A stretch of DNA of 59,551 nucleotides from an uncultured delta proteobacterium (GCA_963705165.1 CAVPJD010000018.1:1-59551); one strand, 5' to 3'. Positions 1-9,279 are shown, counted from the first letter of the stretch. Made by a program: numbers and translations. The notes: generated by a model not told the origin, from the sequence alone.

Positions 1-732
1 ACAGCCCTCAACAACCTCGAGGCGGCGGCCTCGCTCATGGTCGGCAAGGACGCCGCGGAGCGCACCGTCACTCTGGCGCTGGTCGAGACGGCCCTGCAGC
101 GCAAGGCCCTGCAGTACGACAAGGCGGGCGAGGAGCACTACAACCTGATCTCGGCCCTGCACAAAAGTCTCCGGGGGAGCGACCCCGACGCGGCCCTTTA
201 CTGGCTGGCCCGCATGCTCGAGGCGGGCGAGGATCCCCTCTACATCGCCAGGCGCATGATCCGCTTCGCCTCCGAGGACATCGGCAACGCCGACCCCATG
301 GCCCTCACGGTGGCCATGGCGGCCATGCAGGCCTTCCATTTCATCGGGCTGCCGGAGGGCGAGCTTTCGCTGGCGCAGGCGGCCGTCTACCTTGCCACGG
401 CCCCCAAGAGCAATGCCGTCTACCGCGCCTGGGGCAAGGTGAAGTCCGCCATCGGCGAGACGGGGACCCTGCCCGTGCCCCTGCACATCCGCAATGCGCC
501 CACGCGGCTCATGCGCGATCTCGGCTATGCCAAAGGGTACAAATACGCCCACGATTACGAGGAGGCCGTCGTGCCCCAGGACCATCTTCCGGAGAAGCTC
601 CAGGGGCAGGTCTACTATTCGCCCACGGACCGCGGATACGAGAAGCTTGTCCACGAGCGTCTGACGAAATGGCGCAGGATCCGGGAACAGTCGGCCCGGG
701 ACCGGGACAAGAAGGAAGGACGGGAGGAGTGA
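1..732 (+). CDS. rarA: Replication-associated recombination protein A (MgsA/RarA), C-terminal part; truncated by window start
   Basis: MgsA C-terminal motifs YDKAGEEHYNLISALHKSLRGSDPDAALYWLARML, ASEDIGNADP, APKSNA, VPLHIRNAPT, GYKYAHD. Confidence 0.95.
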   Translation, partial: TALNNLEAAASLMVGKDAAERTVTLALVETALQRKALQYDKAGEEHYNLISALHKSLRGSDPDAALYWLARMLEAGEDPLYIARRMIRFASEDIGNADPMALTVAMAAMQAFHFIGLPEGELSLAQAAVYLATAPKSNAVYRAWGKVKSAIGETGTLPVPLHIRNAPTRLMRDLGYAKGYKYAHDYEEAVVPQDHLPEKLQGQVYYSPTDRGYEKLVHERLTKWRRIREQSARDRDKKEGREE

Positions 733-736
733 TCCG

Positions 737-2380
737 GTGACAGAGTCCGAAAGAGAGCAGCACATGAAGGAGCTTGCGGCTCTTCGCGAGCGCGTCCGTT
801 ATCTCGAGGAGGTGGAGAAGGAATTTGCCACGCTCGCCCGGGAACTGAAGGATTCGGAAACGAAGTACCGGTTCCTGGTGGACAGGGTCCAGGAAGCTGT
901 CCTGCTTGTCCAGGACGATACGGTCAAGTCCGTCAATCCCGCCGCCAAGATCATCGGCGGGTATTCGGCAGGTGAGCTTGCCTCGGTCCCGTTCACCGAA
1001 TTCATCGATTCTTGCGATCGAGACAGGGTTCTTGCCCTTTACCGGCAGGCCCTGGCCGGTGAGACCTCACCGGATTCGACAACCTTTGGCGTTATCCGCA
1101 AAGGGGGCGAGGTTTTTCAGGCCACGACCCGGTTCGTCCCCGTGAGCTGGGAGGATCGGCCCGCCGTGCTCTGCCTGCTTCAGGATGCGACAAGGCAGGG
1201 GGATCTTGAGTCGCAGCTCCTGTACGCCAAGAAGATGGAGGCCGTCGGGACCCTTGCCGGCGGGATCGCCCACGACTTCAACAATCACCTGCAAGGCATT
1301 TCGGGCTATATCCAGCTGCTCATGATGCGGGGCGACAGGGACCGCACCGAACAGGGCTGGCTGCTCCAGATCGAGCGCTCCGTCAAGCGGGCGGCAGCCC
1401 TCACCAAGCAACTGCTCATCTTCAGCCGCAAGGAGGAGAGCCGTCTCGAGCCCATCGATCTCAACGAGGTCGTCCGCCAGGCCCAGAAGACGCTTGCCAG
1501 GACCATCCCGGAATCGATCTCGGCGGAGTTGCGGCTGGCCGCCCAGCTGCCCTCCGTCGACGGCGACGCGGTGCAGCTCGAACATGTGCTCTTCAACCTG
1601 GGCATCAACGCGAAAGACGCCATGCCCGACGGCGGAAAGATCGTCATCGAGACGCGAAACGTCCAGCTCGATGAGGCGTTCTGCCGCAACCATGTGGGCG
1701 TGAAGCCAGGGGCCTACGTGGAGCTCACCTTTGGGGATTCGGGCCACGGGATGGATCGGGAAACCCTGGAGAGGATTTTCGAGCCCTTTTACACGACCAA
1801 GGGGGTGGGTTCGGGGATCGGGCTGGGCCTTGCCATCGTCTACGGCATCGTCCAGAGCCACCACGGGCTCATCCTGTGCGAAAGCAATCTCGATAAAGGG
1901 ACGACCTTCCGCGTTTACCTGCCGGTCCAGGAGAGTGAGGGGGCAGCCCCGGCGAAGGAGGAGCGCAAGAGGGGCGACTACCGCGGTGCCGAGACCATCA
2001 TCATTGTCGACGACGAGCCCGACATTCTCGATATCGGCCAGAACACCCTCGAGCAGTTCGGCTACACGGTTCTCACGGTGCGAAGCGGCGAGGAGGCCGT
2101 CGAGACCTATGCCCGGCAGGGGGATCGCATCGACCTGGTCATTCTCGATCTGGGGATGCCGGGTATGGGCGGGGAGAAATGTCTCAGGGAGCTCCTGCGC
2201 ATGAACCCGGCGGTGAAGGTGCTCATCGCCAGCGGCTATGCGGCCACCCAGACCGTTCACAGCATCCTGGAAGCGGGCGCCACGGGGTTCATGGCCAAGC
2301 CCTACCGGCTCGAGGACATGCTGAAAAAGGTCCGCGAGGTTCTGGACGGGGAGCGGGATGAGGTCCCGTTTGGGGACTGA
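737..2380 (+). CDS. PAS-domain hybrid sensor histidine kinase/response regulator
   Basis: PAS region, H-box [14 protein letters not shown]-box [11 protein letters not shown] boxes [21 protein letters not shown]-terminal receiver IIIVDDE...ILDLGMP...KP. Confidence 0.93.
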   Translation: MTESEREQHMKELAALRERVRYLEEVEKEFATLARELKDSETKYRFLVDRVQEAVLLVQDDTVKSVNPAAKIIGGYSAGELASVPFTEFIDSCDRDRVLALYRQALAGETSPDSTTFGVIRKGGEVFQATTRFVPVSWEDRPAVLCLLQDATRQGDLESQLLYAKKMEAVGTLAGGIAHDFNNHLQGISGYIQLLMMRGDRDRTEQGWLLQIERSVKRAAALTKQLLIFSRKEESRLEPIDLNEVVRQAQKTLARTIPESISAELRLAAQLPSVDGDAVQLEHVLFNLGINAKDAMPDGGKIVIETRNVQLDEAFCRNHVGVKPGAYVELTFGDSGHGMDRETLERIFEPFYTTKGVGSGIGLGLAIVYGIVQSHHGLILCESNLDKGTTFRVYLPVQESEGAAPAKEERKRGDYRGAETIIIVDDEPDILDIGQNTLEQFGYTVLTVRSGEEAVETYARQGDRIDLVILDLGMPGMGGEKCLRELLRMNPAVKVLIASGYAATQTVHSILEAGATGFMAKPYRLEDMLKKVREVLDGERDEVPFGD

Positions 2381-2388
2381 CAAAAGCC

Positions 2389-2546
2389 AGAGGGTAAGAA
2401 GGTAAGAGGGTAGGAAGGTAAGAAAAGAGAAGCGGATTTCTTGTGTTCGGGCAACAGCGAGGTGATGAAGTGAAGAAGCGCGGAAGATCGGATTCGCGCT
2501 GACCTTGCCTTTTCCGATTTTCCTGACTTCCGCTCTTCCTAGCTTC
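2389..2546. repeat. 8-mer tandem arrays: A(A/G)GGT(A)AG arm 2389-2424; GAAGAGCG-like arm 2467-2492 with inverted partner 2513-2546
   Basis: Read directly; lies between convergent genes. Confidence 0.8.
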
Positions 2547-2748
2547 CTTCTTCCTCCTGCGGCACGAAGATCCAGAGAAGGACGTAGAGAAGAAGGCCGG
2601 TTCCGTAGATCATCAAGAAGAGCACGAACAGGATCCGCCATACCCACGACGGGGCCGGCGTCCGGGTGCCCAGCGCCCCGCAGATCCCACCCAGCCAGCG
2701 ATCCTTTCGGGACCGCTTCAGCGTGTGCAGAAAGTTCTGTTCTTCCAC
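2539..2748 (-). CDS. pspC: PspC domain-containing membrane protein
   Basis: LKRSRKDRWLGGICGALG...RILFV...LLYVLLWIFVP matches the PspC domain pattern. Confidence 0.85.
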   Translation of the reverse strand: MEEQNFLHTLKRSRKDRWLGGICGALGTRTPAPSWVWRILFVLFLMIYGTGLLLYVLLWIFVPQEEEGS

Positions 2749-2870
2749 CGATTCACCTCTCTTTTTCGTTGATCAATTCCCGATGAGAATGGAGCCCCTC
2801 GTCCAAAACTTCCCCGCGATGCAGGCTGTCATCCTTGGATGGAGCCGCAAGCCACGGGCACCTTTGTCGT

Positions 2871-2889
2871 CGGCCGAAACCTTCGGCCG
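2871..2889 (-). promoter_or_regulatory. Putative bacterial SECIS element
   Basis: Minus-strand hairpin CGGCCGAA-GGU-UUCGGCCG; loop G lies 22 nt after the in-frame UGA at 2906-2904; no U-tract follows. Confidence 0.6.
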
Positions 2890-2894
2890 TTTCA

Positions 2895-3113
2895 TCAGCC
2901 CCCTCAGGAGGGGCCGCAGCTGGTGGCGCTGCAGCTTCCGCAGCCCGCGCCTGCCGAGCTTGTGAACTTGCCTTCACTGGAGTGGCTGAAGGCGGACATG
3001 AGCTTCTTGACCTTCTTGCTCTTACACTTCGGGCAGGATACCTCCTGGCTGCCGAAGACGATGGTCTCGAAGGTTTTTTTGCACTTCTCGCAACGGAACT
3101 CAAAAATCGGCAT
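2895..3113 (-). CDS. FmdB-family zinc-ribbon protein, probable selenoprotein (C-terminus ...SCGPS-U-GG); ends at 2904 if UGA is a stop
   Basis: MPIFEFRCEKC...CPKC FmdB pattern; Cys-rich tail GCGSCSATSCGPS followed by TGA GGG GGC TGA TGA and a SECIS-like hairpin. Confidence 0.85.
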
Positions 3114-3138
3114 ATAAAAATTACCTTCCTTGATCTTC

Positions 3139-3227
3139 CTCTCCCCTCCGTGGGAGAGGATTGAGGTGAGGGGGAATATTCCCCCTCCTCCACGTCCTCC
3201 TCCCACCAGGGGAGGAGAACAGGGGAG
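3139..3227. repeat. REP-like CCCTCTCCC/GGGAGAGGG palindromic element
   Basis: 33 bp identical to 27309-27341 (at 3152-3184); 44 bp with 2 mismatches to 9552-9595 (at 3179-3222). Confidence 0.8.
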
Positions 3228-3241
3228 GTTGCACTTATGCT

Positions 3242-4168
3242 TTAGGCCATGCGCGCGCGTATCCGGTCATCCAGCCTGTACAATCCCGCCTGGCGTGCCT
3301 CTTCCAGGGCCTGTTCGTATTCCTTGCGGGTGATCCTCCGGTTGATCGAGACGTCCTTCTCGGCCTTCCAGCAGGGGCGGTACTGGTCCATGACATTGAC
3401 GTACGTGTGCCTCGAGATCTCCGTGGCCAGGAATCGCATGACCCCCTTCGTCCCGGCCGCATCGCCGGGCATGACGAGGTGCCGGACCAGAAGCCCCCGG
3501 GTAGCCACGCCGGCCTCGTCGATCTTCAGATCCCCCACCTGCCGGTGCATCTCCCGCAAGGCCTCCATGGCCCGCTCGCGGTAGTCGTCGGCTCGGCAGA
3601 ACCGATTTGCCCACTCGTTGTCCCAGAACTTGAAGTCGGGCATGTAGATGTCAAAGACCCCGTCGAGGAGCTTGAGCGTCTCGACGGAATCGTACCCGCC
3701 GGTGTTGTAGACCAGGGGGACGTTGAGCCCGCCCTCGCCGGCCGGGATCAGCGCTTCCAGGATCTGCGGGACGACGTGGCTCGGGGTGACGAAGTTGATG
3801 TTGTGGCACCCGCCCCGGGCCAGGTGAAGCATGACGGCGGCGAGCTTGCCCTGCTCGACCTCGGCGCCTTCCCGCAGGTGGCTGATATCATAATTCTGGC
3901 AAAAAGTGCAAAGGAGATTGCAGGCGCTGAAGAAAACGGTCCCCGAGCCGTGCGAGCCCACCAGCGGCGATTCCTCGCCGTAGTGAGGGCCGAAGCTCGA
4001 CACGGTCGCCTTGCGCCCCGTCTTGCAGACGCCCTGCTCGCCCTCCAGCCTGTTCACCCCGCACTCCCGGGGGCAGAGCCTGCATTCCCTCAGGCGCTCC
4101 ACGGCCTGACGGGCGCGCTCCTGCAGCACACCTTCGCGATATAATTTCAAGTAGGCTGGTTCGAACAA
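3242..4168 (-). CDS. Radical SAM protein, PflX-like (putative PFL-activating enzyme family)
   Basis: N-terminal CRLCPRECGVNR, HYGEE, GSGTVFF, CNLLCTFCQN (CxxxCxxC), DIYMPDFK, RHLVMPG; TTG start chosen at MFEPAY. Confidence 0.88.
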   Translation of the reverse strand: MFEPAYLKLYREGVLQERARQAVERLRECRLCPRECGVNRLEGEQGVCKTGRKATVSSFGPHYGEESPLVGSHGSGTVFFSACNLLCTFCQNYDISHLREGAEVEQGKLAAVMLHLARGGCHNINFVTPSHVVPQILEALIPAGEGGLNVPLVYNTGGYDSVETLKLLDGVFDIYMPDFKFWDNEWANRFCRADDYRERAMEALREMHRQVGDLKIDEAGVATRGLLVRHLVMPGDAAGTKGVMRFLATEISRHTYVNVMDQYRPCWKAEKDVSINRRITRKEYEQALEEARQAGLYRLDDRIRARMA

Positions 4169-4260
4169 AACAGGCTCCAGGCAACAGGCTCCAGGCAACA
4201 GGCAAAAATGGAATCGATTCTTTATCTTCCTAATGCCTGATGCCCAATGCCTAACGCCTA
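4168..4260. repeat. Inverted pair of 7-mer tandem arrays (CAGGCAA/CAGGCTC and TGCCTAA/TGCCTGA)
   Basis: Read directly between the YbhB-family stop and the PflX-like start. Confidence 0.75.
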
Positions 4261-4710
4261 TCTTTTATATGTTCCCATCAGCTGAGCTTCGCCGAGGATG
4301 TGCCCCCGCATGGCTGTCAGGAGCTGGTCCTTCGTGATCCCCGGCTTGAGGCCCAGCATGGCGTCCAGGGCGTAGAGCTTGAAGAAGTACCGGTGCGTCC
4401 CGCCTGGAGGGCAGGGGCCCCCGTAGCCGATCCGGCGGAAATCGTTGATCCCCTGCGTTCCTCCCCCGGGCAGGTCCTTCTCCCGGGTGATTCCTTCTGC
4501 CAGCATGGTTGCCGACGGCGGGATGTCGAAGATCACCCAATGCACCCAGGTCCCCATGGGGGCATCGGGGTCGTCGCAGGCGAGGGCAAAGCTTTTGGTG
4601 CCTGCGGGGCTTCCCGACCACTCCAGCGGAGGCGAAAAGTCGGCCCCGTCACAGGTGTACTTTGCCGGGATCATCTCACCGCTGCCGAAGGCGCTGCTTT
4701 TGATCTCCAT
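4258..4710 (-). CDS. YbhB/YbcL family Raf kinase inhibitor-like (PEBP) protein
   Basis: SPPLEW, DPDAP, WVHWV, YGGPCPP, HRYFFKLYALD. Confidence 0.95.
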   Translation of the reverse strand: MEIKSSAFGSGEMIPAKYTCDGADFSPPLEWSGSPAGTKSFALACDDPDAPMGTWVHWVIFDIPPSATMLAEGITREKDLPGGGTQGINDFRRIGYGGPCPPGGTHRYFFKLYALDAMLGLKPGITKDQLLTAMRGHILGEAQLMGTYKR

Positions 4711-4831
4711 AGGGTCCCCTCCTTTTGCACGATGAATACAATTATATTATAATCCCTCCGGGAAAATTGAAAACCCTCTTTCTTTATCTGTCACAAAAAG
4801 TAAATGTGGAACTGAAAGGCCATTGAGATCG

Positions 4832-5632
4832 ATGCGTGAAAGTGAAATTGCCGCCCTGCTCGACCGCTTTGCCCTCTCCCCCGAAGGGTACCGGAAGGTG
4901 CGAAAGGGGGTGCAGAAGCGCATCGTCAGGCACATGCAGGAATTGAGATGCCCCTCGATGAAGGCCTATCTCGAGCGCCTCGACACCGACGGGGCTGCGG
5001 AAGGGCGAGTCCGGCGCCTCATGGACGTCTCCATCAGCCGGTTTTTCCGCGACGGGCCGTTGTGGCGGATCCTGGAAGAGGAGATTCTCCCTTCGCTCAT
5101 TGCAGATCATCCCGGCGGGCTGCGGGTCTGGTCGGCGGGCTGTGCCCTGGGGCAGGAGGCCTGCAGTTTCCGAATCCTCTGGGCCCTCCTTGGAGAAAAG
5201 ACAGGTGCCTTGCCTTCCCTCGATATCTGGGCCACTGATGTGAATCCCGACTACCTGGCGCGGGCGATCGAAGGCATTTATCCCGCAGGGGCACTTGCCC
5301 GGGTCCCTGCGGAGGCGAGGGCCCGTTTCTTCCGGCCTGCCGGGCGGGCGAGCTTCCGGGTTGCCGATGAACTCCGGGAAGGCATCCGCTGGCAGGTGCA
5401 TGACCTCACGGTCGATGCACCGCCCGAACGGGGCTTCCAAATCCTTTTTCTCCGCAACAACCTCCTCACCTACTACCGGGATGGAATCGTCAAGGCGGCC
5501 TTGCCGGCCATTGCGGACTGCCTGGTGCCGGGCGGTTATCTCGTCATCGGGCAAAAGGAGCGTCTTCCCGATTTCCTGGAGGGCTTTCGTCCTCACCCCG
5601 TGGTCACATTCCTGCACCGGAAGCAGGGATGA
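4832..5632 (+). CDS. CheR-type SAM-dependent methyltransferase (divergent, orphan)
   Basis: ISRFFRD, RVWSAGCALGQE, ATDVN, HDL, LRNNLLTYY, LVPGGYLVIG resemble CheR motifs. Confidence 0.8.
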   Translation: MRESEIAALLDRFALSPEGYRKVRKGVQKRIVRHMQELRCPSMKAYLERLDTDGAAEGRVRRLMDVSISRFFRDGPLWRILEEEILPSLIADHPGGLRVWSAGCALGQEACSFRILWALLGEKTGALPSLDIWATDVNPDYLARAIEGIYPAGALARVPAEARARFFRPAGRASFRVADELREGIRWQVHDLTVDAPPERGFQILFLRNNLLTYYRDGIVKAALPAIADCLVPGGYLVIGQKERLPDFLEGFRPHPVVTFLHRKQG

Positions 5633-5729
5633 AGCGGGATGCCGCCGCCCACCCTCTTTGACAATACCAGATAGTTCCTATAAGGTATGATACACATCAA
5701 AAATTTCGACCAATGATGAGGAGGGAACC

Positions 5730-6299
5730 ATGGAACTTTCGGAAGCGATAAAAGGAAGAAGGAGCGTGAGGCGTTTTCGTCCTGATCCCGTACCCAGGGA
5801 GGTAATCGAGAGAATCCTTGAGCTTGCCCAGTGGGCGCCCTCAGCAATGAATCAACAGGACTGGCGGTTCATCGTGGTTGAAGGTGAGAAAAAAGAAGCT
5901 CTCTTAAAGATAACAGCCACCGCTTTTGATCATTTCAGGCCGGTACTGGAGAAGAACTTCCCTGACAAGCCCAAGGTCCTGGAGGCATCCAAGCGCTTTT
6001 TTGAAACGTATGGAAATGCACCGACCATCATCTTGGCTTATGGCGGACATTTTCCCATGGGCATGGAGGATCCGTACAGTGTCAGTCTTGCCATCCAGAA
6101 TCTTCTTCTGGCGGCGCATGATGCCGGACTGGGTGCTGTCTGGGCTGATGCCGCCGTTTTTTACAAGGAAAAGGAAATCAATGAATTGATGGGTATGGCA
6201 GGCAGAAAACTTGTAAGCCTGATTCCAGTCGGGTATCCTGATGAAACCCCCAGGGCTGCTCCCCGACAGGAGGGACGTGTCGTATGGGCGCAGCGCTGA
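5730..6299 (+). CDS. Nitroreductase family protein
   Basis: RRSVRRF, APSAMNQQDWRF, IQNLLLAAHDAGLGAVW, IPVGYP; RBS GAGGAG. Confidence 0.92.
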   Translation: MELSEAIKGRRSVRRFRPDPVPREVIERILELAQWAPSAMNQQDWRFIVVEGEKKEALLKITATAFDHFRPVLEKNFPDKPKVLEASKRFFETYGNAPTIILAYGGHFPMGMEDPYSVSLAIQNLLLAAHDAGLGAVWADAAVFYKEKEINELMGMAGRKLVSLIPVGYPDETPRAAPRQEGRVVWAQR

Positions 6300-6473
6300 T
6301 TCTGCGTGAGTCGGCCACTGCGAAAACATGACCCACGCTTGAAAGGATCCGTCAATGGCAGGCTGAAAACGATTGCACGCGCTTACCCCCCAGCGACTGA
6401 TGTGACATTGCCGAGCGTTGCTGCGGGGCAGACGAGCGAAACGACAGATCAATCAACAACAGAATAAATCTCG

Positions 6474-6503
6474 AAATTCCTGGCACCCTGGTGCCAGGAA
6501 TTT
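6474..6503. repeat. Perfect 14-bp inverted repeat AAATTCCTGGCACC-CT-GGTGCCAGGAATTT
   Basis: Read directly. Confidence 0.8.
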
Positions 6504-6788
6504 TAATATTGCCGGGGACATTACGCGCCAGCATTCTTCCTGAAATCGCGTTGTTGGCTCTTCCATAGAGAATGCCCCAATTCGAACGAGAGTCTTTCAT
6601 CCGAGCATGAAGCAGATCAAACTTCCCGTACCCCTTTATCGCCTTGATGACCCCGTAAATACGAAACGAGCAAAACATAAATCTTTTTTCAGATACCTGT
6701 CATTGAAACTCCTTTTCGGCTCTGATACGGTAGAAGTCAAAATGCGGGGCGATTCATCATTTCACATATTCGCGGTGTGCTACCCACA

Positions 6789-7025
6789 ATGGCAGTTCGA
6801 AACAAACTTTCCAGCGTCGATCGCGTGATCGCTCTGTCTCTCGGCGTCATTTGGCTGGGCATGGGCGTGGCGGGCCTTGTTCTTGGGATGATGCGCGGGC
6901 TGTGGATTCCCGTCGCGCTGGCTTTTTTTGCAATTTGGTATGGGGTCCTTTGGTTTCGTGTCGCGGCTCGGTCACGTAAACTCACTTCCTGGCGCGAGCT
7001 CATTATGCCGTGGCGCGCTCGGTAG
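6789..7025 (+). CDS. Small two-TM membrane protein, probable integron cassette ORF
   Basis: 78-aa ORF with two hydrophobic segments; followed by a degenerate attC. Confidence 0.55.
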   Translation: MAVRNKLSSVDRVIALSLGVIWLGMGVAGLVLGMMRGLWIPVALAFFAIWYGVLWFRVAARSRKLTSWRELIMPWRAR

Positions 7026-7043
7026 GCCGTCAATCACGTTGGG

Positions 7044-7112
7044 GCCTGCCTTGGCGTTCAACACGTCCCCGCCTCCGGCGGCGATGGGGCCGGTTGACTT
7101 GTATCGTTCGGT
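7044..7112 (+). mobile_element. Degenerate attC site
   Basis: GCCTGCC (mutated R'' GCCTAAC)...TTCAAC...CCCC/GGGG...GTTGA...GTTCGGT (R'). Confidence 0.5.
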
Positions 7113-7130
7113 GAGGAAAAAAAATAGATA

Positions 7131-7532
7131 ATGAAAACACAAGTCGAATTTAAATCAGACAAATTTCCACCATACGACGGCGAGGAAGAGGGGATAAACC
7201 CCGGGCTATGGGGCAAACGCCTTGCGGAGTATCTTCAACAAAACCTGCCGCTGCACGGCTTAAAGGTGACTTGCATTGGTTCTGAAGATTGGGGATGGAT
7301 GGTTGAATTGGAAAATAAAGAGTACCCATTATGGATTGGATGCGGACATCAATCCGGCGAGAAGGATGAGTTCTTGTGTTTTATTGAGCCATCCGGGCCT
7401 TTTATAAGAAAGTGGTTTAAGAAAATTGATACGAGAAATCAGATTAATCGTGTTGCTGCCGCTTTGGCAAAAGTTTTTGAATCTGATTCTGACATTCGCG
7501 ATATCAAATGGTCATCGGATACCAAGAAATAA
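7131..7532 (+). CDS. Hypothetical protein carried as an integron gene cassette
   Basis: 133-aa AT-richer ORF (EDWGW motif) bounded by GTTCGGT upstream and ACCGAAC just after its stop. Confidence 0.8.
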   Translation: MKTQVEFKSDKFPPYDGEEEGINPGLWGKRLAEYLQQNLPLHGLKVTCIGSEDWGWMVELENKEYPLWIGCGHQSGEKDEFLCFIEPSGPFIRKWFKKIDTRNQINRVAAALAKVFESDSDIRDIKWSSDTKK

Positions 7533-7533
7533 C

Positions 7534-7593
7534 ACCGAACATCTGTGCAATGGACACGCAAAGACCGCGTGCCCCTGACACGCGGCGTTACAC
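7534..7593 (+). mobile_element. attC recombination site (60 bp)
   Basis: R'' ACCGAAC; L'' TGT(G)CA pairs with L' TGACA; GG(A)CACGC pairs with GCGTGCC; R' GTTACAC; two extrahelical bases. Confidence 0.72.
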
Positions 7594-7964
7594 TCTTTCA
7601 ATCCGAAATCAGCGATTCCCTAGATACCCTCTCCCTCATCCTTTGCAGGTGAAACACCCTGTCGGCCGTTTGCCTTTCGGGTTTCCCGAATTTGCCCTGT
7701 GTGCCGCTTGCCCGCTCCTCCGGCGACCCCGTCACGACGGGTGGAACTGGAAGCTCTCCGGGTTGGCGCAGCAGAAGCGGTCCTTCTCGGTCTCGCAGGT
7801 GTTCTGTGTTTGCGTACTGAAGGAGGTAATGGTTGCAGGAGTCCACATCGAGGAGATTGATCGGGATATCGGACCCGTGGAGCACCCTCTCGCGAAGTCT
7901 CTCGGAAAAAGGCTCGCCGTAGACAAGCCTGCCGAGGCGCCTGCCATACGGGACCGGAAGAAGT

Positions 7965-8609
7965 CTACAAATTTGCGGGGACGACGTATAGCAGGACGGC
8001 CACGAAGTGGCAGGTACTTCCGCCGAGCACGAAGAGGTGCCAGATGGCGTGGTTGTAGGGGAGCTTCTTGAGGAGGTAGAAAAGGGCGCCCACGGTGTAG
8101 ACGATCCCCCCGGCCAAAAGCCAGGCGAACCCCCCTGCGGGCAGGGCGTCGATGAGGGGTTTGACGGCGAAGACGGCAAGCCAGCCCATCAGGACGTAGG
8201 CGATCGTGGCCAGGATCTTGAACCGGTAGACGAAGAAGATCTGGAAAGCGATTCCCGCGGCGGCAAGCGCCCAGATCAGGGCGAACAGCGTCCATCCCCA
8301 GCTTCCCTGCAGCGTCACCAGCGTGAAGGGCGTGTAGGTCCCGGCGATCAGCAGGTAGATGCACGAGTGGTCGACGATCTTGAATACGTGCTTCAACCTC
8401 GGCGAGCGGGCGGAGTGGTAGAGCGTCGAGGCCGTGTAGAGGAGCACCAGGGTCGCGCCGAAGATGCTGCAACTCACGAGAGGGAGCATCGTGCCGTTGC
8501 GGTATGTAAGGAAAACGAGCACACCGAGCCCCGCAGCGCTCAGGAGAGCCCCCGTGCCGTGGGTGAGGCTGTTGAGGCGTTCTTCAATCTGAAACTGCTG
8601 TAACTGCAT
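7965..8609 (-). CDS. Hemolysin III / PAQR family membrane protein (YqfA/TrhA-like)
   Basis: EERLNSLTHG, STLYH, DHSCIYLLIAGTYTP, HAIWHLFVLGG. Confidence 0.95.
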   Translation of the reverse strand: MQLQQFQIEERLNSLTHGTGALLSAAGLGVLVFLTYRNGTMLPLVSCSIFGATLVLLYTASTLYHSARSPRLKHVFKIVDHSCIYLLIAGTYTPFTLVTLQGSWGWTLFALIWALAAAGIAFQIFFVYRFKILATIAYVLMGWLAVFAVKPLIDALPAGGFAWLLAGGIVYTVGALFYLLKKLPYNHAIWHLFVLGGSTCHFVAVLLYVVPANL

Positions 8610-8829
8610 GGCTGGATAAGGGATGCGGCCTTCCCGCAGGGATTTTGGCTTCGGAATTTTCCGGGATAAAAAGAACTTCACTTTCCCGTCAAAGCGTTAT
8701 ATATAACCGAACCGACAGAACCTCAAGGGATTTTGAGGGTCGAAGATCCATCGAAAACGATTTTTGTGGCGCAGACAAGATCACCGGGCTCCGCAGCGGC
8801 CGGTGGATTTTTTTTGGGGAGGAACAGCG

Positions 8830-9279
8830 ATGAAAAAAGCCATCCAGTCGGGGGAGTTGGTCAGCGTCCATTACACGGGCAAGGTCGAGAACGGCGAGGT
8901 CTTCGATTCCTCGTCCGGGCGGCGGCCCCTTACGTTCACCGTCGGCAGCGGGCAGATCATCCGCGGGCTCGATGAGGCCGTCGTTGGCATGACCGTGGGA
9001 GAGAAGAAGACCGTGACGATTGCGCCCGAATTTGCTTACGGCCCCCGGCAGGTGGAGCTGATTGTGGACATTCCGAAAAACACGGTTCCCGAGGACATGG
9101 AGATCGAGAAGGGGATGATGATTGAACTCATCGACCCGCAGGGAAACAAGATCCCCGCCGAGGTCTTCGAGATCCTCGACGAAGTGGTCAAGATGGACTT
9201 GAATCACTTTCTTGCCGGGAAGACCCTCGTCTTCGACATCGAAATCATAGAGGTGGGTCCTCCGAAGGACCCGGCCTGA
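8830..9279 (+). CDS. FKBP-type peptidyl-prolyl isomerase (SlyD/SlpA-like, no His tail)
   Basis: VHYTG, FDSS, G.GQIIRGL, AYG, DLNHFLAGKTLVFDIEI; RBS GGAGG. Confidence 0.92.
   Translation: MKKAIQSGELVSVHYTGKVENGEVFDSSSGRRPLTFTVGSGQIIRGLDEAVVGMTVGEKKTVTIAPEFAYGPRQVELIVDIPKNTVPEDMEIEKGMMIELIDPQGNKIPAEVFEILDEVVKMDLNHFLAGKTLVFDIEIIEVGPPKDPA

Noticed and set aside
7630..7770. Minus-strand resemblance to a c-di-GMP-I riboswitch (GGCAAA-TTCGG-GAAA-CCCGAA-AGGCAAA) or a glycine aptamer (GGAGAG...CGCCGGAGGAGC)
   Set aside because: The tetraloop-receptor stem and the CTCTCAGG element are missing, and there is no suitably oriented downstream gene; an Rfam scan would settle it
7594..7964. Possible ORFs on both strands between the attC and the hemolysin III gene
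   Set aside because: No frame has a credible start with RBS and recognisable protein features; left unannotated
8781..8815. Hairpin plus T-run just upstream of the FKBP PPIase start
   Set aside because: Could be an attenuator, but no promoter or alternative structure was identifiable; too weak to call
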